Source of the DNA: an uncultured Chloracidobacterium sp.
Lineage (GTDB): Bacteria > Acidobacteriota > Blastocatellia > Pyrinomonadales > Pyrinomonadaceae
Reading direction: 5' to 3'
Length of the DNA stretch: 40,234 nt
Assembly (NCBI GenBank): GCA_964636445.1
Contig: CAZWSK010000003.1
Location: 1-40,234, forward strand
Below the pieces are notes generated by a model. The model searched no databases. It saw nothing but the letters and a program-made list of their open reading frames with translations, and was not told the origin of the DNA. This document shows positions 9,901 through 18,128 of the stretch, piece after piece. Position 1 is the first letter of the stretch. The number at the start of each line of letters is the position of its first letter. The position numbers were made by a program, and so were the translations under genes.

Positions 9901-10105
9901 GGTTCTGATCGACGCCGCTATAATGAAGAATTTCGCTCTGCCGTGGGAAGGCCATCGTCTGCAATTTCGCACAGAGATATTTAACGTTCCCAACCGCGCG
10001 AATTTCGGCCAGCCCGACGCTCGCATAGATCAGCCCACGGCCGGCACGATCTCGTCGGCCGGGCCCGGACGGCAGATCCAGTTTGGCCTTAAGTATCTCT
10101 TTTAA
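6947..10105 (+). CDS. TonB-dependent outer-membrane receptor with an N-terminal carboxypeptidase-regulatory-like domain
   Basis: Signal peptide (VSVWLAVMACLFAFS...AQ). CarboxypepD_reg-like ATIRGRVVDTAGRMIPGARVKITD. Long barrel ending in the aromatic terminus QFGLKYLF. The start could instead be the ATG at 6977. Confidence 0.88.
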   Translation: MNSSSQQFENMLKLRSKDDRAIVSVWLAVMACLFAFSTTTTTRAQNYRATIRGRVVDTAGRMIPGARVKITDRDSSESRETTSDADGSYAISGLPPGRYSLSTELPGFRRFQVMELTVEVDQTLQIDVTLAPGGVTAEVLVQDEPGTIDTQTGSLGEVITNREIVDIPLNDRNYLNLAVLSPGVVPAASGANPNNINGGRSDHVHYRVDGIANMNRRGNEPVGAPSIDAIQEFKIATNNYSAESGHLGGAVISVAVKQGGDRLHGSLFEFNRDDRFDARSFFDQDKLELSRNQFGGTLTGPLLRGRTFFTASYEGSRHRQGETRVTRVPTLNERMGIFATPVRDPFTGQPFPNNTITPSLLSPIAMTLASLYPLPNRSGVLNLATSATNEYKQDNFLVKLNHRFNDSNWLTGTGMADRGDTSLPFRSTSLPGFGSTRETRRQFWGTTWTSIIGPKLINEARFGFTHDRFGEASVNFGKNTSAEIGITGTTGGRGLAAIVIAGFPELGDATFLPDEWHDDGYSISETVTLLRGRHNVRIGGDVQVSRLSNLFAAFEGGQIAFTGSFSQNPFADFLLGLPVQTQRQVGSNLSRLRSSSYGIFVQDDWQVGSRLTLNLGLRYDLSKPAVEEDDRWANFIIAERRLVAAGTEGFPRAMVRTDGNNFSPRIGIAYRPFANDRTVIRAGYGVFHSFDLQFTQYQIMGASAFPFTQLELFQATAIGNPSLSIPFPNRPGITPGALSPNGWDFENPTPYTQVWSVTFGQELPGGVAAEISYVGSKGTHLSSTANINQTIRTPTGNIVPFPGFGRILFQRLAASSNYDALQISVNRRFRQGLAFRSAFTWSKSTDNASFGSPARLPQDPNDLAAERGLSEFDRRRVWNSDVIYELPIGRGSRFAANAGSFANVLIGGWQVSAIIQLYDGRPFTPVVSTANAQQGFATRPDRIASGVLENPTISRWFDPTAFVVVPANQFHFGNSGRNILIGPGMVLIDAAIMKNFALPWEGHRLQFRTEIFNVPNRANFGQPDARIDQPTAGTISSAGPGRQIQFGLKYLF

Positions 10106-12063
10106 GTTTTCGAAATTACCCGGAGCAGTTCGGCCACGCTCCAAGCCTGAGCAGCTGCGCCTCGCGGCCTGTGCGGCGGATCCCCGTCGAATACCTCAGA
10201 TACCTGGCCGAGCAATGCCGCCGAAAGGTGCTCAATAAGCGGCGCGGTGATCTCGTCGATACGCCGTGCGGCGCGCGGGTCTTGTGAATGTGTGCGGCGG
10301 TAGGCGTCGACAAAGTGTCCGATGAGCCAGGCCCAGACCGTTCCCTGATGATATGCCGCGTCACGCACATGTGGCGGACCCTCGTAACGGCCGACGTAAC
10401 GCGGGTCGCGAGGCGATAAGCTTCGCAGGCCGTACGGGGTCAAAAGCTCAGCCTCGACCTTTTTCACGATGCTCCTCGCCTGCGCCGCGTCGAGCATCGT
10501 GTGTCTGAGGCTGACCGCGAAGATCTGATTTGGCCGCACCGACGCATCACGCTCGTCGCCATTGACCACGTCGAACAGGTAGCCCTCGGCTTCGTTCCAA
10601 AACGCGTCACGAAACGACGCCCTTGCGTCAGCGGCCATTGAGCGGTATTGCGCCGCAAGCGCAGCGTCGTCGAACGCATCCGCGAGGTCGGCCATCACGC
10701 ACAGAGCGTTGAACCACAACGCCTGGATCTCGACCGCTTTTCCTGTTCGAGGCGTTATGACCTCGTCGCCGACCTTGGCGTCCATCCACGTCAATTGAAC
10801 TCCAGGCACGCCGGCCGTCAGGAGGCCGTCCGCATCAACGCGAATGCCGAAACGCGTGCCGCGGACATGCCAATCAACAATGTCGACGAGCTTCTCAAAT
10901 AGATCGCCTCGGACCAGTTCAAGGTCGCCTGTCTCGGCGATATAGGCGCGGATCGCCTCAAAATACCAGAGCGTCGCGTCCACGGTGTTGTAATCCGGCA
11001 CTTCGCCCTCGTCAGGGAAGCGGTTGGGCAGCATTCCATCGGAGATATGGCGTGAGAACTCGGTCAATATGCTCTTCGCGGCGTCGTAGCGTCGAGTCGT
11101 GAGCGTGAGTCCCTGCAGAGCGATCATCGTGTCCCGGCCCCAGTCGGAAAACCAGGGGTAACCGGCAATGACCGTGTGTCCTTCGCCGCGGCGGACGATG
11201 AATTGGTCGGCGGCGAGAACGAGTTGCTGAATAACCTCGTTTTTCGCACCTGATGCGGCGACGATGCGAGCACGCCGCTTTATCTCGCTGCGTTCGAGAT
11301 CCTCGTGATCGGCCATGCCTTGCGGCTGCGTCGAGGCGATCACCACGGCCGGCTGCGAGAGGTCGAAATTCAGCACGCACGGCTGATAAAGGTCCTCGCG
11401 AGAGTCAAATCCACGCTCCTGCTCGATCGCGTATTCGACGTTGCGGTACCATACACCGCTCCGCTCGACGTCTGCGGCATTGTGAGCCAGATGCAGCGTC
11501 AAGGAATTCGCACCTGAATGCAAGCTTACGGTGTTGTCGGAGAACTCCGTGGTGACTTTCAGTGCTTCGTCGTGACGCAGATGGTGATGGTCACGAAACG
11601 CGACGAGGGGACGAAGCTCGAGACTTGCCTCCGCCGACTTATCGACCGACCATCGGCACACAGTTGTGTTCTCACCGTCGACCATGAACAACGAGCGTTC
11701 GAGCTTCGTCCCGTCCAGGTCATACGTCCAGACAGGGAACGGGTCGAGGCGAAATTGAACGAGATACTGATAACCTGACGGATGGATCGTGCCGGGATAC
11801 TGATTGCACGACAACTCGAAGCGTTTGCCGCCGATAACGGCTGCCTCTTCGAACTTCGACAGCAGCACCATCCGCCCTAGCGGAGGATGCGTGGCTGCGA
11901 CCAGCAGCCCATGATATCGGCGGGTGTTGGCACCCGCGACGCTCGACGAGGCATAGCCGCCGATGCCGTTCGTCTCGAGCCACTCGCGCGAGAGAGAGCT
12001 ATCGAGATCGGTGCAAACGTCGCGTCCTAAGGTGATCATTATGGGTTGATTATACCGCCGCAA
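10102..12063 (-). CDS. Glycogen debranching enzyme / amylo-alpha-1,6-glucosidase family protein
   Basis: N-terminal REWLETNGIGGYASSSVAGANTRRYHGLL. C-terminal six-hairpin region with GYPWFSDWGRDTMIAL and HQGTVWAWL. An alternative start is at 12039. Confidence 0.88.
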   Translation of the reverse strand: MRRYNQPIMITLGRDVCTDLDSSLSREWLETNGIGGYASSSVAGANTRRYHGLLVAATHPPLGRMVLLSKFEEAAVIGGKRFELSCNQYPGTIHPSGYQYLVQFRLDPFPVWTYDLDGTKLERSLFMVDGENTTVCRWSVDKSAEASLELRPLVAFRDHHHLRHDEALKVTTEFSDNTVSLHSGANSLTLHLAHNAADVERSGVWYRNVEYAIEQERGFDSREDLYQPCVLNFDLSQPAVVIASTQPQGMADHEDLERSEIKRRARIVAASGAKNEVIQQLVLAADQFIVRRGEGHTVIAGYPWFSDWGRDTMIALQGLTLTTRRYDAAKSILTEFSRHISDGMLPNRFPDEGEVPDYNTVDATLWYFEAIRAYIAETGDLELVRGDLFEKLVDIVDWHVRGTRFGIRVDADGLLTAGVPGVQLTWMDAKVGDEVITPRTGKAVEIQALWFNALCVMADLADAFDDAALAAQYRSMAADARASFRDAFWNEAEGYLFDVVNGDERDASVRPNQIFAVSLRHTMLDAAQARSIVKKVEAELLTPYGLRSLSPRDPRYVGRYEGPPHVRDAAYHQGTVWAWLIGHFVDAYRRTHSQDPRAARRIDEITAPLIEHLSAALLGQVSEVFDGDPPHRPRGAAAQAWSVAELLRVISKT

Positions 12064-12287
12064 GCGTCGCCCTGCAGGACGAGGCTCGACAAGGCGCGAT
12101 TCGCTCGTCCGTCTCCGGGTTCGGCGGTCAGATTGGTAGAGATAATTATTGAAAATGACTTTCGACCGATCTCAGGTTCATATGCGACCAAACCCGGGGC
12201 AGCCGCCCCGACTAAGGCGGTTTACGTTCGACCAAAGGGGGCATTTTTCTCGATTTTACTCAGTAGATCAGCTGCCTGTGGAAAAAA

Positions 12288-12326
12288 TGTGAAACGTTTC
12301 ACACTCAAATTGTGAAACGTTTCACA
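12288..12326. promoter_or_regulatory. Two tandem perfect 16-bp palindromes TGTGAAACGTTTCACA (CRP-type TGTGA-N6-TCACA)
   Basis: Site 1 is 12288-12303 and site 2 is 12311-12326, 23 bp centre to centre. Flanks (AAAATGTGA...TCACATTTT) also resemble the CRP consensus. They lie in the 400-bp divergent region between the debranching enzyme gene and the ECF sigma gene. Confidence 0.6.
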
Positions 12327-12463
12327 TTTTCAAAAACACGATCGGTCTTCCCCCTCATGAAACATAAGTACATGCCGTGGGGCCCTCCGACTGAAGTCGC
12401 GACGATTTCGCTTTTTACAAAAAACAGGTAAAATTTTAGTGCACCCCAAGAAAGCTCTCGAAT

Positions 12464-13036
12464 ATGAACGATGACAAGCCATCGGAGATAACCCGCATTT
12501 TGCGCGAGTGGAATGACGGCAACGAAGCTGCTAAAGAGCAGCTGCTGCCATACGTCTACGATGAGCTGCGCCGGCAGGCCCGCATAATGATGGCGTCTGA
12601 GCGCGGAAACCACACGCTCCAGCCGACGGCTTTGGTGCACGAGGCATTTATCAAACTCAGCAAGGATTCCGGCATCGCCTGGTTGAATCGAACCCATTTT
12701 TTCGGCATCGCGTCGCGCCTGATGCGTCAGATCCTGATCGACCACGCGCGGCTGCACGCGACCGCAAAACGTGGAAACCGGCCGATACACTTCTCGCTCG
12801 ACGACGTGCAGGTCCCCGTCGATAAGCGTGCAGATTCGCTCTTGGAATTGAACGAGGTGCTCGACCGCCTAGCGAAGCTTGATGAGCAGCAGGCTTCGAT
12901 AGTCGAGATGCGTTTTTTTGGCGGCATGACCAATCAAGAGATCGCCGAATGCCTGAATATATCGGAGAGGACCGTCGTGCGCGACTGGCAGGCCGCCCGA
13001 CTCTGGCTGTACAGGGAATTGAATTCGAAGCGTTAG
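12464..13036 (+). CDS. ECF-type RNA polymerase sigma factor (TIGR02999 / ECF43-like, kinase-associated group)
   Basis: The N-terminus ITRILREWNDGNEAAKEQLLPYVYDELRRQAR...GHTLQPTALVHEAF is typical of the TIGR02999 family. Region 4 HTH MTNQEIAECLNISERTVVRDW. A Ser/Thr kinase gene follows directly. Confidence 0.88.
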   Translation: MNDDKPSEITRILREWNDGNEAAKEQLLPYVYDELRRQARIMMASERGNHTLQPTALVHEAFIKLSKDSGIAWLNRTHFFGIASRLMRQILIDHARLHATAKRGNRPIHFSLDDVQVPVDKRADSLLELNEVLDRLAKLDEQQASIVEMRFFGGMTNQEIAECLNISERTVVRDWQAARLWLYRELNSKR

Positions 13037-13108
13037 CAAAAATCTTGGCTGATTTTTCTGACATTTTACGCATATTGGTTTGAGACCGAGCTATCGCGCA
13101 CGCAGCCG

Positions 13109-15844
13109 ATGCAGCCTAAGAACTGGGACACCATCAAAAACATTCTCGATGAGGCTCTGAGCCTCGATGCGAGCGCCCGGAACGCTTACCTTGACGGGGC
13201 AGGACTTGCTCCGGATATTCGGGCGGAGGTCGATTCATTGCTCAGCTTCGACGACCAGTCGGCGGACATGATGCAGCTGTCGGCGGTTGAGTTTTCACGC
13301 GAATTTCTCGACGAACCGGACGCGGGCAATTCTTTGAACGGACAGCAGATCGGGAATTACCGCATAGTTTCTGAGATCGGCCAAGGCGGCATGGGCGCCG
13401 TGTATTTGGCTGAGCGCATCGACGGCAAGTTTTCGCAACGAGTAGCGCTCAAACTGCTCAAACGCGAGATGAACACGGCGGCATTGCGACGCCGGTTTGA
13501 ATTGGAGCGTGACATTCTTTCGCGCCTCGAGCATCAAAATATCGCCCGCCTGCTAGCGGCCGGCACGACGGACGATAAAGTGCCATTCATTGCGATGGAA
13601 TACGTCGATGGGCGGCCGATCGACGAGTACTGTAATAAGCATCGGCTCGGCCTCGACGAACGGCTGAACCTATTCCGCCAGATCTGCTCGGCCGTAGATT
13701 TTGCTCACAGGAACCTGATCGTACACCGCGACCTTAAGCCGTCTAACATCCTCGTCACCGACGACGGCACGCCCAAGCTGCTCGATTTTGGCATTTCAAA
13801 GATCCTCTCCGACGATACTGATGGCCCCGCGGCGACAGTAACGCGGCTGGGCGCGATGACACCGAGTTATGCGTCGCCCGAGCAGCTCCGCAGCGAAAGC
13901 GTGACCACCTCGACAGACGTTTATTCGCTCGGCGTAATACTTTTCGAACTGCTCAGCGGCTGCCGGCCCTTCCAAAGCAAGGAAGGGAATCTGAACGACG
14001 TCCTCCACGCCGTGATCGAGACGGACCCGCCGCTGCCGTCGTCAGCGGCGTCGACGCTGCCGGGGCACTCAGTGCCGAGGCGGGCAAATGGCGATGTGGC
14101 ATCTGGTAACGGGCAGTCTACACGTCAGCGAGCCAACAAACTCACCGTGCCTCAGCGAATGAGCGTCAAGCCGCATTACCTGAGGGGCGATCTCGACAAC
14201 ATTATTCTGAAAGCTCTGAAAAAGGAGCCCGAGCGGCGATACCTATCACCTGAGAACTTCGCTGAGGACATTCGGCGTTATCAGGAAGGCCTTCCCGTGA
14301 CGGCCCGCCCTGACACGCTGGTGTACAGGGCAGGAAAGTTCGTGCGGCGGAATCGATTTGCGGTCGCAGCGGCAGCACTTATCCTTATTGCGATCATTGC
14401 GGGTGCGATAACGACGCTGTGGCAGGCGCGTGTCGCGCAGGCGGAACGGCTGCGTGCGGAGAGCCGGTTTAACGACGTTCGCAAGCTTGCAAATTCCTAT
14501 ATCTTCGATGTTTATCCTGAGATCGAGAACCTTGAGGGCTCGCTCAAGGCACGAGAAAAAATACTCACAAACGCCCTGCAATATCTCGACAGTCTTTCGA
14601 GTGAGGTCAGCGATGATCTCGAACTGCAGAGCGAACTAGCGACGGCGTACGAAAAGATCGGTGACGTGCAGGGTGCTCTTACGAATTCGAGTCTCGGCAA
14701 CATCCAAGCTGGACTCAACAGCTATCGCAAGGCCGCACGCCTACGCGAGGCCGTGTATGCGGCCGATCCGTCGAATTTGGAAGCAAAAGAGAAGCTAGCC
14801 GCGAATTATTACACGACCGCACGTACGCTGTGGAATAACAGCGAGACTAAGGAAGCATCAGAAGCATTTGAGCGGAGTATAACGCTGCGTCGCGAGTTGA
14901 TCGCCGCCGATCCAAGCTTTGTAAAGTACCAGGACCGCCTCGCAGTGACCCTGATCGACTACGGTGCAATACCGGTATTCAACTCGCAGACCGACAAGGC
15001 ACTCGTGCTGTTCGACGAGGCCTTGGCTATTGTCGAACGGCTGCGAGCGGCCGATCCTGCGAATTCAGATTTCAAGAAGACGCAGGCGCGGCTGCTCAGG
15101 ATAATGAGCAAGGCTAAAGGGTCGATCGGCGATTATGAAGGCGGCATTCGGGGCTTTGCGCAAGCGGCGGAGATCAGTCGAGAACTTGCAAATGAGTTTC
15201 CTGACGATTTCCGTGTTCAGCGAAGCGTGTGGCTAACGGATTCGATGACCTGCGAGCTGTATATCGATAAAGAAGACCCGCACAAAGGCGTCGAGACGTG
15301 CTTGCCCACGGTCGAGTTTCCCACCGCCGCGTTGGCCAAGGAGCCCGAAAACGGGGTTGTCGCTTACGATCTTGCTATCTCGCACTTTAATACTGCTCGA
15401 GCCTATCGCTTCGCGGGCGACTATAAAAACACCATCCTGCACGCCGACAAGGCCACGGCAGTAATGACAGCCCTAAGCAATACGACGGACGAAAACCTCG
15501 AATATCAACGCAACCTCGCCGTCTATCGGACCGAACGTGCACGGGCCCAGCTTAAACTCGGAAGATACCCCGAAGCCCAAGCCGACCTGCAGCGTGTGCT
15601 GGCGATCATGCTCCCCATTGCGGAGGCTGACCCCGAAACAACAACCTACCGGTACGATGCCGCGATGGCGTATCGCCTTTTAGCCGAGGCCTATGCGAAG
15701 ACCGGCAGTAAGCCGAAAGCGGTCGAGAATATCCAAAAGGCGATCGCGATCATCGAGGAGCTTCGCGACAAGAACGCCCTTCGCGACCACGATAAGGACC
15801 TGCTGACTGAGCTCGGCAGAGAACTAGCCGATTATTCCGCGTGA
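13109..15844 (+). CDS. Membrane Ser/Thr protein kinase with a large C-terminal TPR-like repeat domain
   Basis: Hanks motifs IGQGGMGAVY, VALK, HRDLKPSNIL, DFGISK and SPEQ. One TM helix (AVAAAALILIAIIAGAITTLW). About 450 aa of TPR-like repeats. Confidence 0.92.
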   Translation: MQPKNWDTIKNILDEALSLDASARNAYLDGAGLAPDIRAEVDSLLSFDDQSADMMQLSAVEFSREFLDEPDAGNSLNGQQIGNYRIVSEIGQGGMGAVYLAERIDGKFSQRVALKLLKREMNTAALRRRFELERDILSRLEHQNIARLLAAGTTDDKVPFIAMEYVDGRPIDEYCNKHRLGLDERLNLFRQICSAVDFAHRNLIVHRDLKPSNILVTDDGTPKLLDFGISKILSDDTDGPAATVTRLGAMTPSYASPEQLRSESVTTSTDVYSLGVILFELLSGCRPFQSKEGNLNDVLHAVIETDPPLPSSAASTLPGHSVPRRANGDVASGNGQSTRQRANKLTVPQRMSVKPHYLRGDLDNIILKALKKEPERRYLSPENFAEDIRRYQEGLPVTARPDTLVYRAGKFVRRNRFAVAAAALILIAIIAGAITTLWQARVAQAERLRAESRFNDVRKLANSYIFDVYPEIENLEGSLKAREKILTNALQYLDSLSSEVSDDLELQSELATAYEKIGDVQGALTNSSLGNIQAGLNSYRKAARLREAVYAADPSNLEAKEKLAANYYTTARTLWNNSETKEASEAFERSITLRRELIAADPSFVKYQDRLAVTLIDYGAIPVFNSQTDKALVLFDEALAIVERLRAADPANSDFKKTQARLLRIMSKAKGSIGDYEGGIRGFAQAAEISRELANEFPDDFRVQRSVWLTDSMTCELYIDKEDPHKGVETCLPTVEFPTAALAKEPENGVVAYDLAISHFNTARAYRFAGDYKNTILHADKATAVMTALSNTTDENLEYQRNLAVYRTERARAQLKLGRYPEAQADLQRVLAIMLPIAEADPETTTYRYDAAMAYRLLAEAYAKTGSKPKAVENIQKAIAIIEELRDKNALRDHDKDLLTELGRELADYSA

Positions 15845-15845
15845 T

Positions 15846-17285
15846 CTAAAAACTGTAAGCGAACGCCAAATTTAGGTGCTCGGCCGTTCGCCTTCGCGCT
15901 AGGCGATACCACGTATCAAAACGCCTGACCTCAAATCCCATCTGAAACTGGGGTGTAAATTTATAGATAACTTCGCCGGCAAACCCGAGGTTTCTGGTCC
16001 GCCAGTCGCGATTAGCAACGCTCGTCAGGACACTATCGTCAGGATCGTCGATCCCGACTGTGCCATAAAATCCGAGTTTATTGCCCTTCATTCGCGGCGT
16101 GATCGCGAGTTGAAGCCAGCCGCCGCGTGTACTTATCGCACGAATGCCATCCGCCGTGGCCGCGTTGCCTTGAACGTAGGCAAAATCCGTATTCACGCCC
16201 TGAAAAACGCCGGCCTGAAATCCGCCCAAGCCTTGTCCCGTGAATGCCTCGCCCGTGATCGCGATGATGTCGCTGAGCGGCAGGTTCCAGTCAGCGGCGA
16301 CGCCCCAGGACTCATCTGTGTAGCGCGTGTTCGCGGGGCCGGAATTCGCCGCTAGTCGGCCCCAATGGCCCGAGACGCCGATGGATCCGTTCTTCTTACT
16401 GGCAAACCAGTTTTTACCGCTATATGCCAGGCGGCTCTGGAAGAACGGAACACCCGATGTCGAGCCAGAGTTTGGTTGCAGGAGAAACCCGCCCGCGGCA
16501 GCTGAGTCGCCTGACTGCGGTGCAAGCACGGCCCCTTGCAACGAAACATGACCGAATTTCCGTTCGACCTTGATCTGCGGAATACGCGCCCAGTTGTTGC
16601 CGGCGGATGCCATCTGCGGAATCGCCGCCGCGGCGAGGGAAACAGGATTTTGCGGGGCAAACGGCATCCAATCTTGCCCGATCGTGACCGCGGTCTTTTC
16701 CCAATCGAGCCTTACGTTAGCCAAACGTAGACGAACAAGACCGAAATTCTCACCAATGCCGATCCCCGGCGAGCCGCCGTAGAAATCCGCCTCGACGATC
16801 GCTCCAAGCCGCGCCTTGCCGACCTTCGCCCCTTCCAGCCGAAGGCCCAGGCGTGTCTGCCTGAGGCTCGCGCTCGTGCCGCCGTTGCCGCTCGCAGCCG
16901 CAAACGTGGGTACGTCAGCATTGTTAACGCCGCGTGTGTTCCCATACATATTGAAGTAGATCGTGCCATACGGCGTGAGTCGTGCACCGCCGAGGTCAAC
17001 GCCAATATCGCGAGATTTGGCTGACTCTGTCTTTGCCGGAGGTTCGGGCTTTGTTGTGGCGACCACGGGTTGCGTTGTAGATGCGTTTGTATCCGCCGGG
17101 GGCGTGGGCGGTTGTTGCCGTCGAGCGAGTTCCTCGGTGAGAAGCTTGACTGTGGCCTCAAGGGCCTCGACGCGGCGCGTCAATTCATCGACGTCCGGCG
17201 AGCCCACGCGAGTCTGTCCGGATGCCCCGATAGAGGCGGCGGTAATGATGGCAATTGCGTAAATCGTTCGGTGCAGGACCTTCAT
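15846..17285 (-). CDS. Outer-membrane porin (DcaP / OprO-P-like architecture): signal peptide, coiled coil, Pro/Thr linker, beta-barrel
   Basis: Start moved to the ATG at 17285, which is preceded by AGGAGA. Signal MKVLHRTIYAIAIITAASIGASG. Coiled coil DVDELTRRVEALEATVKLLTEELARRQ. C-terminal NLAFAYSF. Confidence 0.72.
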   Translation of the reverse strand: MKVLHRTIYAIAIITAASIGASGQTRVGSPDVDELTRRVEALEATVKLLTEELARRQQPPTPPADTNASTTQPVVATTKPEPPAKTESAKSRDIGVDLGGARLTPYGTIYFNMYGNTRGVNNADVPTFAAASGNGGTSASLRQTRLGLRLEGAKVGKARLGAIVEADFYGGSPGIGIGENFGLVRLRLANVRLDWEKTAVTIGQDWMPFAPQNPVSLAAAAIPQMASAGNNWARIPQIKVERKFGHVSLQGAVLAPQSGDSAAAGGFLLQPNSGSTSGVPFFQSRLAYSGKNWFASKKNGSIGVSGHWGRLAANSGPANTRYTDESWGVAADWNLPLSDIIAITGEAFTGQGLGGFQAGVFQGVNTDFAYVQGNAATADGIRAISTRGGWLQLAITPRMKGNKLGFYGTVGIDDPDDSVLTSVANRDWRTRNLGFAGEVIYKFTPQFQMGFEVRRFDTWYRLARRRTAEHLNLAFAYSF

Positions 17286-17344
17286 ATATCTCCTTGCGTG
17301 CGGAAAGCGCTGAGTCAATTCTGAGTTCGCCCCGCAACGGCGGC

Positions 17345-17360
17345 TATGACCCAGGTCACA
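17345..17360. promoter_or_regulatory. Candidate Crp/Fnr-family operator TATGACCCAGGTCACA (copy 1 of 3)
   Basis: Quasi-palindrome in the porin/crp divergent region. On the porin strand it is followed 21 nt later by the -10-like CAGAAT (17323-17318). Confidence 0.5.
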
Positions 17361-17409
17361 TACCGAGTTCGATAACCCTGGGCCGAAGCGCTAAAATTGA
17401 GTTATTGCT

Positions 17410-18042
17410 ATGGCGCAAGTCGACGACAAAATTCTAGAGATGGTGGCGGAGCGGTCTTCTGCCAAGCGATTTTCGACAGGGGAGATCGTATTTTCCGAGG
17501 GCGACGACGCGACTTTCCTGCCGACGGTGGGCTCCGGCATGGTTAAAATGGTCCGTTATCCGGAGCTCGGAAAAGAGGTCATCGTCGGGACGTTTGGTGC
17601 GGGGGAGATATTTGCTATTCCCCCGGCGCTCGACGGCAAGAGTTTTCCAGCGACGGCAGTCGCAATGGAAGATTCCGAACTCCTGATCATGCCTCGAAAC
17701 GAGTTTAAGGCCCTTATGGATCGTTCGCCGAAATTCTCGGCGGTAATTCTTGAGCAAATGTGCGGCATTCTTCGCCAAAAGGCTGATACCGTGCGGATAC
17801 TTGCAACGCCGTCCGCCGAACAGCGTATCGCCGGCATTTTGCTCGGCATCGTCGGCGACATGAATGGCAACGGCCCAGTTCGCATCGATCACCGTCGCCA
17901 GGACATCGCCGACATGGCGGGACTGACAATTGAGACGACGATCCGCTCGATTAGGCGTATGTCATCTCGCGATATGTTCAGGATAGTCCGCGGCAAGATC
18001 TACATCGATTCTCTCGCGCCGCTCAGACGGCTGGCCGAGTAG
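17410..18042 (+). CDS. Crp/Fnr-family transcriptional regulator without an FNR-type Cys cluster
   Basis: cNMP-binding-like beta-barrel (FSTGEIVFSEGDDA...GAGEIFA). C-terminal HTH RQDIADMAGLTIETTIRSIRRM. There is only one Cys in the protein. Confidence 0.88.
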   Translation: MAQVDDKILEMVAERSSAKRFSTGEIVFSEGDDATFLPTVGSGMVKMVRYPELGKEVIVGTFGAGEIFAIPPALDGKSFPATAVAMEDSELLIMPRNEFKALMDRSPKFSAVILEQMCGILRQKADTVRILATPSAEQRIAGILLGIVGDMNGNGPVRIDHRRQDIADMAGLTIETTIRSIRRMSSRDMFRIVRGKIYIDSLAPLRRLAE

Positions 18043-18061
18043 GCTCTACTTTTTTGGCCTG

Positions 18062-18077
18062 TATGAGGCAGGTCATA
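18062..18077. promoter_or_regulatory. Candidate Crp/Fnr-family operator TATGAGGCAGGTCATA (copy 2 of 3)
   Basis: Centre is 59.5 nt upstream of the ric ATG. The -10-like CACAAT lies 21 nt downstream. The SD AGGAGG precedes the ATG at 18129. Confidence 0.5.
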
Positions 18078-18128
18078 TTCCACGAACTCCCAAACACGCA
18101 CAATGTCATAAGTCACTAGGAGGACTTT

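Noticed and set aside
11700-11730. Partial match to the right half of the three-copy motif (CCAGGTCATAC) inside the debranching enzyme gene
   Set aside because: The left half-site (TATGA) is missing and the location is intragenic. It is most likely a chance half-site.
12190-12215. Six-bp GC hairpin (CGGGGC-agcc-GCCCCG) in the 12063-12464 intergenic region as a terminator or ncRNA
   Set aside because: No U-tract follows on either strand. It lies upstream of both divergent genes, so there is nothing for it to terminate. It is too small to support an RNA gene call.
12288-12326. Reading the twin palindromes as an ECF-type promoter (GAAAC -35 / CGT -10) or as a LacI/GalR operator
   Set aside because: The GAAAC-to-CGT spacing is 20-22 nt, against the 16-17 nt typical of ECF promoters. 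For LacI-family sites the TG/CA positions are shifted by one base relative to the central CG. The CRP-type geometry fits perfectly, so that reading was preferred, though it is not proven.
12046-12790. ORFs 12046-12315(+) and 12305-12790(-) in and around the 400-bp intergenic region
   Set aside because: Both run through the twin palindromes, and the second overlaps the well-supported ECF sigma gene. Neither has an SD or any recognisable domain. I treat the region as regulatory DNA.
13040-13065. AT-only inverted repeat AAAAATC-ttggct-GATTTTT between the sigma factor and kinase genes
   Set aside because: The 7-bp A/T stem would be thermodynamically weak, and the genes are almost certainly co-transcribed. 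I noted it but do not consider it a supported feature.
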